64,000 nucleotides of DNA from IMG/VR virus record IMGVR_UViG_3300020045_002218, positions 32,001-96,000 of that record; one strand, written 5' to 3'. The stretch's first letter is position 1. Every line of letters begins with the position of its first letter. The notes under the pieces are model-generated. The model did not search any database. It was not told where the DNA came from and was given only the letters and a program-made list of their open reading frames with translations. The translations under genes and the position numbers were made by a program. The stretch is from a virus. Below are positions 18,068-28,237 of this stretch, piece by piece.

Positions 18068-18178
18068 TAAAAAAAGACGTACTTCAAACAGGGTGGAATT
18101 AGCAGAATATTGAGCTACCCATTTGAATACGTCTTTGTTTAAATACTCTTTTATGTGATTCCACTCACATGCTTATTG
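18068..18178 (-). promoter_or_regulatory. promoter plus structured attenuator leader of the endonuclease
   Basis: TACAAT -10; hairpin with GUGGAA loop; terminator stem containing complementary UUCCAC. Confidence 0.5.
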
Positions 18179-18183
18179 TATCA

Positions 18184-19107
18184 TTAATCTAATGCTATGT
18201 ACTCCTCTTTTGCTATGTTTATGACACTTTTATCATACTCGGATGATTGGTAGTTAATACTATATCCACTTGAATATAATCTACCTCTACTATCATAACG
18301 ATGTAGTAAATAGAACTTATCTGGAAGTTCATTATACAAAGAGTATGTTTCAGCTTTAGCTAATTCAAACTGATGTTTGATTTCTTCTAACTGAAGTACA
18401 GTTTTATCTTTGTACTCATCTTTCATCTTAAATTCTTTATCCCACTCTAATACGAATGAATCTAAAGATAATTCAATAGCATTTTGTATGTTTAATATAT
18501 CTAAAGATATTTTAAGATCATGATGATTATGTCTTTTCAAGACACAATGTTCTTTAAACGTTAAGAAACCGCAGTCATCATTACTAACAACTTTGTTTGG
18601 TTTACATAACATAGGTGGTAAGAATTTGGTTCTGTTTATAGCTTGTAATGTTATTGGTTCAAGTTTGTACACACTTCTAATACATAGTTCTTTAGAACTA
18701 TTATGGTAGATGTTATATAAGTCACTTGCACATAGTACAAATAAAATGTCTGCTGCTGTTTTAACACCGTCAATATCATCTAAGTATTTCAAAGAAGGGT
18801 ATATAGCTCCGCATACAGCTTGAATACTTTGACTATCTGAACTAAGACAAGCTATTAATACATCCATGACTAACTCATCACCATCAATAAATCCATTATA
18901 TAAATGATCTATCAAATGTGTTACTCTTGCTCCTCTTGAATAGAGATATTCTTTACTTAAGAAATCAGCAAGTAACTGTTTACATTGAGTAATCTTACCA
19001 TCAAGATTACGTTCAATGTCTTCCCTGACAAGTCTTCTAATATTCTTTTTATTAAAAGATTCCTCATTATGAATCTGTTCTAATCTGTCTAACATACTGT
19101 TCACCAA
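18184..19107 (-). CDS. RNA polymerase II subunit 1 (N4 gp15-like)
   Basis: FLPPMLCKP, NHHD..ISLD.LN, FYLLHRYDSRGRLYSSGY.INYQ. Confidence 0.92.
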   Translation of the reverse strand: MVNSMLDRLEQIHNEESFNKKNIRRLVREDIERNLDGKITQCKQLLADFLSKEYLYSRGARVTHLIDHLYNGFIDGDELVMDVLIACLSSDSQSIQAVCGAIYPSLKYLDDIDGVKTAADILFVLCASDLYNIYHNSSKELCIRSVYKLEPITLQAINRTKFLPPMLCKPNKVVSNDDCGFLTFKEHCVLKRHNHHDLKISLDILNIQNAIELSLDSFVLEWDKEFKMKDEYKDKTVLQLEEIKHQFELAKAETYSLYNELPDKFYLLHRYDSRGRLYSSGYSINYQSSEYDKSVINIAKEEYIALD

Positions 19108-19250
19108 GATTTAGTTACACAACAAGCATCCATACTATTTTTGTAATAGTTATACCAATACTCTCTTGCTTCCAAGGTAGAGAATTCTTTAGTTGTTGGT
19201 TTAGATAATGGAGTCCAATATCTATATGTAATTGTGTACATGACTATCTC

Positions 19251-19589
19251 CTAAATACTTACATTAACATCTGCAATTGGGTATTTATGACAAGCTTCTA
19301 ATAATTTTTCAAGCCAAGGAATAAATTGTTTATATGTTCCCCAACCATTAGAAGCATCAAATTGTTTGAAATACTCAGGCTGATTCTTCATTACTACTAA
19401 AGCATTAGATATTAATTCAATGTAATCTTCAGCTTTTGTAATACCTTGTGTATGCCACAAAGCTTCGTAAATACCTGCTTTTTCAGCCATAGTATTTAAG
19501 TTATGTGTAATATTTGCACTGAATACTTCGTGTTGAATTATCTCTTTTCCTGTATTTAAAGGTAATGTAAACCATATATCTAAACTCAT
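19251..19589 (-). CDS. conserved phage hypothetical protein
   Basis: NITHNL..MA..AG..NGWG.Y pattern; GAGGTG RBS. Confidence 0.75.
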   Translation of the reverse strand: MSLDIWFTLPLNTGKEIIQHEVFSANITHNLNTMAEKAGIYEALWHTQGITKAEDYIELISNALVVMKNQPEYFKQFDASNGWGTYKQFIPWLEKLLEACHKYPIADVNVSI

Positions 19590-19731
19590 TTCACACCTCT
19601 TACATAATGAGCAATACCTGTCATATCAGATTCTTTTACTGCTTGTTGTCTATCACTCGTTGGTTTAGCAATTAAACCAGTACGAGAATTAATAACGTAG
19701 TACATAACACACCTCATGTTAAAGTTGATTA

Positions 19732-19751
19732 CCACCTCATAGAATGCCTTT
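19732..19751 (-). promoter_or_regulatory. repeated early-region motif, copy 5 (candidate phage promoter)
   Basis: AAAGGCATTCTATGAGGTGG. Confidence 0.6.
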
Positions 19752-19802
19752 AAACCAAATAAAACAAGTAGTTAAAGGTAAAGGACTATCTTTAGCTTTG
19801 GG

Positions 19803-19830
19803 AGTAAAGTGGACGTAAGTCCACTTTACT
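19803..19830. repeat. 12-bp perfect inverted repeat, GTAA loop
   Basis: AGTAAAGTGGAC-GTAA-GTCCACTTTACT. Confidence 0.8.
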
Positions 19831-19835
19831 AATAA

Positions 19836-19866
19836 GAAAAACAAAGGACTCCATTTAAGGAGTCCA
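19836..19866 (-). terminator. rho-independent terminator
   Basis: GGACTCC-TTAAAT-GGAGTCC plus U tract. Confidence 0.75.
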
Positions 19867-19872
19867 ATAGTT

Positions 19873-20229
19873 TTAGAAATTCAAGATGTCAGTAACATCA
19901 TCAATCGGAGTGGCATCACTGAATACAGCAGTACCTGCATGAATTGCAAGTAATGTAGATGCACTGTAACCTGATAAAATTCCAAGTACAACATCAGAAG
20001 GATTTCTGACAATTGCAAAAGCTTTACCATTCTTGTTTTTGCCTTCAACAACTTTTAATTTACGTTGTTTTTCAGGATCATTTAACGCAACAAGAACACG
20101 TTGAAATTGTGATTCATTGATGTGGTTACTTAATGAGAAGAATCCCAATTGATCACCTGATTCAGAATTAATAAATGCTTGTTTTACAGTTGAGTTAGTT
20201 ACTGCTGGAACTGTTTCTTGATATGCCAT
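19873..20229 (-). CDS. early protein (N4 gp2 position; homology not evident)
   Basis: Own promoter motif and terminator. Confidence 0.7.
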   Translation of the reverse strand: MAYQETVPAVTNSTVKQAFINSESGDQLGFFSLSNHINESQFQRVLVALNDPEKQRKLKVVEGKNKNGKAFAIVRNPSDVVLGILSGYSASTLLAIHAGTAVFSDATPIDDVTDILNF

Positions 20230-20266
20230 TGTAATCACCATAATTGTTATTGTGGACGGAATTGTC

Positions 20267-20286
20267 CTACTACATAAAATGCTTTT
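20267..20286 (-). promoter_or_regulatory. repeated early-region motif, copy 4
   Basis: AAAAGCATTTTATGTAGTAG. Confidence 0.65.
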
Positions 20287-20692
20287 AAAATTTGTAAACC
20301 AACAGTTAAATAAATAACTGCTGGTTCATGATTAAATTAAACCTAATTCTTTACATGCTTGAGTGTAAGCATTAGCTTCACGTTGCTTACGATCACGTTC
20401 TTCAGCTTCATAAGCTTTAAGAATCTCTTTTTGTTCACGAAAGAAGAGTCTACGATTTTCTTCACGCTCAGTTAATTCTTTTTTATACATTGACATGGAT
20501 ATTCTCCTAATCGTTGCTTAGAACGCATTTTCATGCGTATGAGAGGTATTCCCAAATAAAACCAATAACTAAGATTGATAGTAATAGCCAACCTTCTTTT
20601 GGAAATTTGGGTTTATCACATTGAATGATGAGATTTTTATTAAATTTATATGACATAAATACTCCTAAAGCACATCCATGTGCCATGTTAAG

Positions 20693-21223
20693 TTAATAAG
20701 AACAAGCTTCTATTTCACAAGCTTGTATTAATATATTCAAATCTGATTCCCAAGTAGGGTTAAACATATTAATAACTGGAATATCTTGTTGAATAGCTAA
20801 TCTAATAGCTTGACCAGTACCGCCAGTGTTATAGTCTGTTTTGGTTTCAGCTCCATCAGGAGTCCAACACAATACAAAGTCAACAGGTGATTTAAGATCA
20901 ACACCAAGAATTTGATGACAATTTCTAGCCATTAATTTTCTAGCACCTTGAGATAATCTATCCCAAGCTGGATGAAGTGATTTAGCTAATTCCATTGCTT
21001 CATTACTGACTGTTACAATGCCTGTAAAACAATCATTAAATCCCTTCCAAGGAATGAATTCAATTTTGTTAGTACAACCACCACTGAATGCTTTATCAGC
21101 ACCATCAGCAGCTCCTGAATACAATGTAAAACCAATTGACTCAAGTTCACCTGCTACATCAGACATAATAGCTAATATGTCTATTGGTGTTTTACGACTA
21201 CCAATTCCTGCATACGTTTTCAT
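20693..21223 (-). CDS. SLOG/DprA-like nucleotide-binding protein
   Basis: YAGIGSR.TP, SGAADGAD.AF, RNCHQILG, GGTGQAIRLA. Confidence 0.85.
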   Translation of the reverse strand: MKTYAGIGSRKTPIDILAIMSDVAGELESIGFTLYSGAADGADKAFSGGCTNKIEFIPWKGFNDCFTGIVTVSNEAMELAKSLHPAWDRLSQGARKLMARNCHQILGVDLKSPVDFVLCWTPDGAETKTDYNTGGTGQAIRLAIQQDIPVINMFNPTWESDLNILIQACEIEACSY

Positions 21224-21250
21224 AACATATACTCCAAGTTAAGTTAATTT

Positions 21251-21270
21251 TCACTATATAGAATGCTTTT
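21251..21270 (-). promoter_or_regulatory. repeated early-region motif, copy 3
   Basis: AAAAGCATTCTATATAGTGA. Confidence 0.6.
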
Positions 21271-22043
21271 AAGATTGTATAAAGACTTGTTAAGAAGTAT
21301 TAGTAGTTACTTTCTAAGTCAGATATTTCTTCTTCAAGATCATAAACTTCATCTTTGAGTTGATTTATTTGTCGTTGAAGTGAAGGAATATCTAAGTTGT
21401 AAACATACTCTTTTAATTCTTCAAGAGTAAGAGAAGGAAGTTTAAGAACTTCATCAATGGTAAAATTTGAAGGTATCATAATAGTTCTATAAGATTGTTA
21501 GTAGTATCTTAGTGGACGTTAGTCCACATTGTAATTAGTGTTTAGTGTAATTTTAGTTTTTTATTATTTGTAGATAGAATGTTAAATTGTATAAAATTTA
21601 CACAATAACAATATATAGACATATCCTGTATCTTGACTACTATATGTAGTATTAAGAGATAATATTTGTATAATATTTATACAATATAAATATTCTTCCT
21701 ATTAATAACTAAGGTTATTAGGACTAACTTATTGTTTTATATAACAACTAATAATTATATTGGTTCATTATTTTACTTTTACTCTAAAATATGGTATTAA
21801 TACTACATTGTATTTGTATCATTCAAACACAAAGCCTTTATGACTTATATGTATTTACAGATGAACCATAACTGATTGGACTCTCTATAAGGCTTTGAAC
21901 TGTTCTCATGATACAAACACAAAGTAGTATAAATACTTCAATTTAAGGATAGAGTTCTTTACTCAGACTATCTCTGCTGTGTGCTTTATGTGTAGCTTTA
22001 AAGCTTAAAGACTCAAACCAATTAAGGAATGAGTCTTTATTGT

Positions 22044-22226
22044 TTAGAATGGATCTTGACCTTCATCAATTAATGTGATGTAACCATCAGATGTAAGAAC
22101 ACCTTTATATGGTTTTGGTTCATCTTCGAGTATTGCATCACAAGAGATGCAATGATGATAGTCATCAGCTGTTACAGTCTGAACTGTTTTACAAAGACGA
22201 CAAGTAACTTCAATTGTTTCACACAT
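22044..22226 (-). CDS. small Zn-ribbon early protein
   Basis: CRLC..CISC; likely start MCETIE after AGGAG. Confidence 0.65.
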   Translation of the reverse strand: MCETIEVTCRLCKTVQTVTADDYHHCISCDAILEDEPKPYKGVLTSDGYITLIDEGQDPF

Positions 22227-22261
22227 GGTAGTTCTCCTGATCAGGGAATAGACAACATTGT

Positions 22262-22281
22262 CTATTACATTAAATGCCTTA
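22262..22281 (-). promoter_or_regulatory. repeated early-region motif, copy 2
   Basis: TAAGGCATTTAATGTAATAG. Confidence 0.65.
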
Positions 22282-22314
22282 AAGAAAAAACATAAGCTAC
22301 TCCGAAGAGTAGCT
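22282..22314 (-). terminator. UUCG rho-independent terminator
   Basis: AGCTACTC-TTCG-GAGTAGCT followed by U tract. Confidence 0.85.
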
Positions 22315-22498
22315 ATTTGTTTAGTCTTCAGAATGTTCCTCATTCCAAGTATTTAACCATTCATTACCATTTTCAAGTGATAACTCTTCTTCATCGTAAG
22401 AAACTACTTCAATAGTTCCATCTGGATTAACTAAGTAAGTCATTGTATTCACCTTTATTATTGTTATTAAAAGAGACTCATCCATGAGTCAATAAGAT

Positions 22499-22870
22499 TT
22501 AACCTTCGTTAGCTTTATCCAAGTCATTAAGCTTTGAATTAACCTTGCGTTGCATCTCGAAACATTGTTCAAGATAAGCATCAAGTTCAACATCAGACAT
22601 AGCTGAGATGTCCACTTTACCAAGTTTATCGGTAACACGAACAATTGCATCAAGTGATAGATTCAATGCAGCAGATTCAGCTTTCTGACGTTTAAGGATT
22701 GAATCCATTTCATTTGCACCATAAGCAAATGCACCATCAACCATGTCAATAGCATGTACAGTTGCTGATGCACCTTTACTGATAACTAAACCTGCTGCTG
22801 TTGTCACTTGAGGTAACAATGCAATAGATTGTGATGCAGCTTGTAACAGTTCTTTAGTGAATGCACTCAT
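22499..22870 (-). CDS. first early protein (N4 gp1-like by position and helical character)
   Basis: AGGAG RBS before MSAFTK; first leftward gene. Confidence 0.65.
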   Translation of the reverse strand: MSAFTKELLQAASQSIALLPQVTTAAGLVISKGASATVHAIDMVDGAFAYGANEMDSILKRQKAESAALNLSLDAIVRVTDKLGKVDISAMSDVELDAYLEQCFEMQRKVNSKLNDLDKANEG

Positions 22871-22933
22871 TGTAATACTCCTAATAGGATTAACACCATG
22901 TTCATGACACATGATGAGACACATGAATTGTAT

Positions 22934-22953
22934 CTACTACATTGAATGCTCTT
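22934..22953 (-). promoter_or_regulatory. repeated early-region motif, copy 1
   Basis: AAGAGCATTCAATGTAGTAG. Confidence 0.65.
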
Positions 22954-22959
22954 CATATA

Positions 22960-23290
22960 TAGCTCTATATGCTACGAGAATGACGTATAAGCAACGATAA
23001 GACATAAGTAATGCAATCGTGTACGTTATGACTAATGGTGGGGTGTATATTCAAATATGGTATTCATAGACTCTATAGGGGGGGTATCTTAGGTTTGTGA
23101 CTGAACTGAGGTAGTGTAATGGATTAGTACATAAATTATGTAAATTCTTAAAACTTTTTGTTCCAAAAAATTTTCAATAGACTTATACACAATTTATATT
23201 TTTCTTGAAAAGTTTTTGTTTACCAAAAAATATTAAAATACTGGACTATCTCTTTCTCTTAGATTTATACTATTAGAAACCTAAACCATA
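22960..23290. other. putative genome terminus/terminal-repeat junction
   Basis: Divergent strand switch between early and late modules, as at N4 genome ends; G7 run at 23078-23084. Confidence 0.45.
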
Positions 23291-23300
23291 AGAGATTGTT

Positions 23301-23672
23301 ATGTATTCATTAAGTGAAAAATCAATAAACAGATTGGAAGGAGTTAATTCTTCCTTGGTTCAAGTAGTTAAAAGAGCTATAGAATTAACCACTATAGACT
23401 TTGGTGTTACTGAAGGATTAAGAACAGTAGAGAGACAAAAAGAATTATTTGCTACTGGTAAGTCTCAAACCATGAAATCTAAACATATTGTAGGTAGAGC
23501 TGTAGATTTAGTAGCTATGCCTAATGGTAGAGTATCTTGGGAATGGAAATACTATATTCATATTGCTACTGCTATGAAACAAGCTGCTAAAGAGTTAGGT
23601 GTAGATATTGAATGGGGTGGTGATTGGACTACTCTTAAAGATGGTGTTCACTTTCAATTAAAGGATAAATAA
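23301..23672 (+). CDS. endolysin, M15 peptidase (L-Ala-D-Glu)
   Basis: EGLRT.ERQ, SKH..GRAVD, WGGDW..KDGVHFQL. Confidence 0.9.
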   Translation: MYSLSEKSINRLEGVNSSLVQVVKRAIELTTIDFGVTEGLRTVERQKELFATGKSQTMKSKHIVGRAVDLVAMPNGRVSWEWKYYIHIATAMKQAAKELGVDIEWGGDWTTLKDGVHFQLKDK

Positions 23673-24337
23673 TGAGAATTACATTAGATTTTGAACATTC
23701 ACATGAGTTAATAGATTTACTTAAATCACTTGGTTCAAGTCTTAAAAAAGATGAACCATGTATAGAGTTACAAGAAACATATCCAAGAGAATTTGAAGAT
23801 TCTTTTTCTCCTTTAAATACATTTGGATATATGGATGACTTAACATGAATACAAATACAGCAATTAAAATTTGTAGCAATCATCTTCAATGGAGTAAGAC
23901 AGGTAATCATATTAAATATGAAGAATTAAATACTACTTTATTTCAGATAGCTTTAGAACATTTAATTACTTTGGCTCAATCTGTTGAGAAAGAAGGTAAT
24001 GGACTAGGTGACAAGTGATTTGTAATCATGATTGGTTTAAAACTAATCAAACTAAAAGAGAGTGTAATAAGTGTTCTTGTACGGAATTTTTAATACATAA
24101 TATTTGGGTTAAAGGGGTAAATAATGGAAAATATTTTTTATAGATTTTACTGGTTTTCAAAAAAAAAAAAAAAGTTATATGTATATAAATAATCTACATG
24201 ATTTTATTATAGGGTAATTACCTGCTTAAAAAGCTTTTAATAAAAATTATAAATTATAAATAATGAACACACACACTATAATTTTCTGGAAGTAACTGGC
24301 TGAAAGCCAGTTACTAAATAATAAAATAGGAATATAA

Positions 24338-24568
24338 ATGAAAATATTTGATGTATTAAAAATAGGTAATAGCTTATCTGATCCTTCTTGGTGGAAGAAA
24401 GTTCAATCTTTTATTAACTTAATTTCTGGTACTGCACCATTAATTATTATTACTGTACCTATTACAAAAAATTTACTTACAGTAGATAACATACTGGCAC
24501 TTAGTTCAAGTGTTGCAGCTTTGAATGTTTATTTTACAGTAGCTACGTCTAAAAAAATAGGATTATGA
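24338..24568 (+). CDS. holin-like small membrane protein
   Basis: Two hydrophobic segments, basic C-terminus. Confidence 0.45.
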   Translation: MKIFDVLKIGNSLSDPSWWKKVQSFINLISGTAPLIIITVPITKNLLTVDNILALSSSVAALNVYFTVATSKKIGL

Positions 24569-25464
24569 ATCTTTTTTATATTTGCGGAAATACTGGTCAT
24601 ATCGTTAATTCTGATTTAGCTTGCAATATTTCAGATTTTCAAGGTAATACACTTGATGGAATAAGTGTAGAAGGTAATATTTTATGGATTATAGGTGATG
24701 ACTCTGATGGTAATTACTGTTTAAATGGTACAGTAAATCCATTAGGGATTGATTTAATAAATCCTATTAGATCTTTTCTCTGGAAATATACTGATATATG
24801 TAGCAATGGTATAAATGTCTGTGCTGTAGGATTACAAAATAATGATCCTATCGGATTATTTACTTTTACAATGGAAAGTTATCGATTAGAATCGTCTACA
24901 ACAAGTTGGAATAGTGTAGTGTATGGTAAAAATAAATTTATAACTGTTGGAATAAATATAGATAATAAATTAGAAATTGCAATAAGTTTAGATGGATTTA
25001 CTTATGATAGTTTTAATGAGATTACAGAAACATCTGTATTACCAAAAATAACTTTTGGTAATGATATTTTTATTATTTGTAGTAATGCTTTATATAAATC
25101 TATAGATGGTGATATTTGGGAAAGCATATATAATAATTTTACTTCATGGATAGATGTTAATTATAACAGTAATGGATTTTTAGCTATTAATGGTACACAA
25201 AGTGCTTCATCTATAGACGGTATTACTTGGGAAATACGCATATTACCTACAATATCTGGTGTAACATGGCAAAAATTAACATCTAACGGGGATGTTATTT
25301 GTATGAGTTTTTATGATGGTATACAGACTATGGTAGTAATTTTTTCACAAGATAATGGTGTAACATGGAGTAACTCACAAACACTTACAAATGTTAATGG
25401 TAATATATTTGCTTTACATTCAGCTAAATTTTGGAATCTTTTTAAACAATCTTATGAAACATGA
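24565..25464 (+). CDS. BNR/Asp-box beta-propeller virion protein
   Basis: Repeated S.DG..W boxes. Confidence 0.65.
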   Translation: MNLFYICGNTGHIVNSDLACNISDFQGNTLDGISVEGNILWIIGDDSDGNYCLNGTVNPLGIDLINPIRSFLWKYTDICSNGINVCAVGLQNNDPIGLFTFTMESYRLESSTTSWNSVVYGKNKFITVGINIDNKLEIAISLDGFTYDSFNEITETSVLPKITFGNDIFIICSNALYKSIDGDIWESIYNNFTSWIDVNYNSNGFLAINGTQSASSIDGITWEIRILPTISGVTWQKLTSNGDVICMSFYDGIQTMVVIFSQDNGVTWSNSQTLTNVNGNIFALHSAKFWNLFKQSYET

Positions 25465-26153
25465 ACAATTTAACCTTAGAACAGTTTAAAGAAGTTTTAC
25501 CTAAGCATGTAAGAGGAAGTCTTACTCAAGAAATTGTAGATGAAATTAATACTAATATTACTGATCCTATTTTAGGTAAAGTATATAGAGATAATTTACT
25601 AAGTTATACTTCAGTAATGAATGAAGGTAGATTTAAAACTACTGATTACATTAATGCTGTTAGGTATGTCAGTAATAGGATGATGAGTGATAGTAATGTA
25701 TCCGCTTACTTAAAGACATTTCCTGATAAACATCAATGGTTTATTGAAGAGGGTACTTCTGCTAAAGATATTAGTAGTTATGTTGCTATGTTTGTTAAGG
25801 GTAAGTTAGTTCAAGCTATTATGGCACAAACTCTTACTCCCTTTCATATCTTAAATCAGGAATATCATCAGAAAGCTTTAAATGTTTTAGTTGAGTTAAT
25901 GTTTAATGCTAAATCTGAAAAAGTTAGATGTGATTCTGCAAAAAATGTTATGGATGCTCTTAAACCACCAGAAGATACTAAAATAGAAATTAATGTTGGT
26001 TTAAAAGAAGATAGTAAATTACAAGAAATAAAACAATATATGCTAGAATTAGCAGCATTACAACATAGAAACATAGAGCTAGGAATTACCTCTGCTAAAG
26101 AAGTTGCTCACAGTACATTAACTGTTATTGAAGGTGAGTTTACAGATATTTAA
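25461..26153 (+). CDS. N4 gp69-like protein (putative small terminase)
   Basis: RDNLLSYTSVM.EGRFK..Y.NAV.YVS, SEKVRCDSA..LKPPE. Confidence 0.8.
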   Translation: MNNLTLEQFKEVLPKHVRGSLTQEIVDEINTNITDPILGKVYRDNLLSYTSVMNEGRFKTTDYINAVRYVSNRMMSDSNVSAYLKTFPDKHQWFIEEGTSAKDISSYVAMFVKGKLVQAIMAQTLTPFHILNQEYHQKALNVLVELMFNAKSEKVRCDSAKNVMDALKPPEDTKIEINVGLKEDSKLQEIKQYMLELAALQHRNIELGITSAKEVAHSTLTVIEGEFTDI

Positions 26154-26191
26154 TATTATGATAGTCTATATTTATTTTCAAAGGAATTAGT

Positions 26192-26557
26192 ATGGCAACT
26201 GATTTAAAAGATTTTAGACGTGGTGATACATTTCTTTTAAAATTTAATTTTGGAACTGGAATAAACATTACTGATTGGAATATTACATTTTCTTTAAGAG
26301 ATACTTTTACTTCAGCTTTAGTTACATCAGTTAAACGTACTGCTGGTGATTATCCATTAGATGAAGTATTAAATGGCATTTTTTATTACTTTTATGATTC
26401 AGAATCTTCTCAATTATTAGTACCTAAAAAGTATAAATATGATTTACAATTAGTAATTCCTGGTATACATAAACAAGTTCATACATTACTTCCTAAAGAT
26501 GAAAATTATAATGAACCCTTAATAATACTTCCTGATGTTACTTGGATTGATATATAA
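26192..26557 (+). CDS. tail/baseplate-like structural protein
   Basis: RGDTF..Y.YDLQ pattern (BppU-N-like). Confidence 0.55.
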   Translation: MATDLKDFRRGDTFLLKFNFGTGINITDWNITFSLRDTFTSALVTSVKRTAGDYPLDEVLNGIFYYFYDSESSQLLVPKKYKYDLQLVIPGIHKQVHTLLPKDENYNEPLIILPDVTWIDI

Positions 26558-27033
26558 TGGATAATTATACTGTTGAGTATGTTGATATAGTTCCTATTAA
26601 TGTAAATGAAGGTACTCAATCTTTTATTTTTGAAGAAATTCAAACATTTAATATTATTCCTACAGAAACTTTAGTCGTAAATAACGGTTCAATATCAATA
26701 AATTCTTTTAAGCAAATAGCTATAAGAGATATTGGAGGATTAAGAGTTTTACTTGCAGATCAATCTTATGCAGATCAATCAGATATTTCTTCTTACGGAA
26801 AAGTTATTGGATTTTCTAAAGGAGCAGTAGTTACAGGAGATTTATTAGAAATAGTAACTGCTTCTAAATTAGATGGATTTACAGGACTTATTCCTAATGG
26901 ACAAATATATCTTGATTTAAATGGATTAATTACTCAAACAGTTCCTATATCAGGATTTATACAACAATTAGGTGTTGCTTTAACATCTACAACTATTTTG
27001 GTAAATATAAATTTACCTTTTTTACTTTCTTAA
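26557..27033 (+). CDS. virion structural protein
   Basis: Gly-rich beta pattern; late operon. Confidence 0.55.
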   Translation: MDNYTVEYVDIVPINVNEGTQSFIFEEIQTFNIIPTETLVVNNGSISINSFKQIAIRDIGGLRVLLADQSYADQSDISSYGKVIGFSKGAVVTGDLLEIVTASKLDGFTGLIPNGQIYLDLNGLITQTVPISGFIQQLGVALTSTTILVNINLPFLLS

Positions 27034-27042
27034 GGATTTCAA

Positions 27043-27639
27043 ATGGCAGTTAATAAATATTTTACAAATAATGCAGGTGTACTTACAGAAGTAATTGCTC
27101 CTACTACATCTACTGGTGCAGGTGATTCAGGTAAAATTGTAGCTCTTAATGCTTCAGGTATTTTAGATCCAACTATTGTAAATAGTAAAACAACTTCAGC
27201 AGGTGCAGGTGACAGTGGTAAATTACCTGCATTAGATGGATCAGGTAAATTAGATACCTCATTTATGCCTACAGGTATTGGTGCAGATACAGCTTCAATT
27301 GCTACTTCAGAAACTTTAGCAGCAGGAGATTTAATTAATGTTTGGAACAATGCTGGCACAGCAGCTGTACGAAAAGCTGATGCTACCACTTCTGGGAAGG
27401 AAGCACATGGATTTGTTCTTGCAGCATTTACTCATCCTACAAATGCTACAGTATATTTTGAAGGTTCAAATTCAGCTAAAACTGGATTGACTCCAGGTAA
27501 GCAATTTTTATCTACTACAGCAGGTGGATGTACGACTACTGCCCCAGAAGGATCAGGCAACGTGGTTCAGAGAGTCGGATTTGCTACCAGCGCGACATCG
27601 ATAAACTTTCAATCAAACGAGCCATTGACACTAGCATAA
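27043..27639 (+). CDS. virion structural/tail fibre-associated protein
   Basis: Internal repeat TSxGAGDSGKxxALxxSGxLD. Confidence 0.6.
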   Translation: MAVNKYFTNNAGVLTEVIAPTTSTGAGDSGKIVALNASGILDPTIVNSKTTSAGAGDSGKLPALDGSGKLDTSFMPTGIGADTASIATSETLAAGDLINVWNNAGTAAVRKADATTSGKEAHGFVLAAFTHPTNATVYFEGSNSAKTGLTPGKQFLSTTAGGCTTTAPEGSGNVVQRVGFATSATSINFQSNEPLTLA

Positions 27640-27643
27640 TCCG

Positions 27644-28237
27644 ATGGCAGATAGAAAGCCTATTGTAAATTCAAATGGAACAAAGTCAGAGTTGTCTTTG
27701 GGCGATTATATGGATTTGTTTGGCTTAAAGTTACGCAATACAGCCAACACGTTTAGCTCTACATTCGTTAGCGCAGCAACCGCAAACCGCACAATCACAA
27801 TACCCGACAAAGATTTCACAATTGCTGGGCTGGATGATTTAACGGCTTTAGCGAGCATGTTAAACCCCGTCGGTACTATACGAGAGTTTAGCGTATCGAC
27901 GAATCCCGCGTCTTTGCTTGGGTTTGGGACGTGGACGGAATTTGGAACAGGAAGAGTCACAGTCGCAATTGACGCTGGACAAGTCGAATTTGACACGAAT
28001 GGCGAAACGGGCGGTGAGAAAGCTCATTTATTGACTAGCGCGGAAAGCGGTGTTCCCGCCCATACACATTCTATTGCTAATGTTGGTCTAGTGTCAGGCA
28101 GTCAATATGCAGGAGGAGCAAGCATTTCGCAAACTGGCAGTAGAATTACTGCAGCGAATACCGCAGCTAATGCGGCATCGGCACATAATAACTTGCAGCC
28201 GTATATCGTTGTTTATCGCTGGGTAAGAACGGCTTAA
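27644..28237 (+). CDS. tail fibre/collar-type protein
   Basis: PVGTI..NP..LLGFGTW..GRV.V..GGEK.H.LT..HTH..HNNLQPY.VVYRW.R. Confidence 0.8.
   Translation: MADRKPIVNSNGTKSELSLGDYMDLFGLKLRNTANTFSSTFVSAATANRTITIPDKDFTIAGLDDLTALASMLNPVGTIREFSVSTNPASLLGFGTWTEFGTGRVTVAIDAGQVEFDTNGETGGEKAHLLTSAESGVPAHTHSIANVGLVSGSQYAGGASISQTGSRITAANTAANAASAHNNLQPYIVVYRWVRTA

Noticed and set aside
24158-24173. Poly-A tract as a phase-variation site
   Set aside because: Nothing links it to a known gene; may be a homopolymer or assembly artefact
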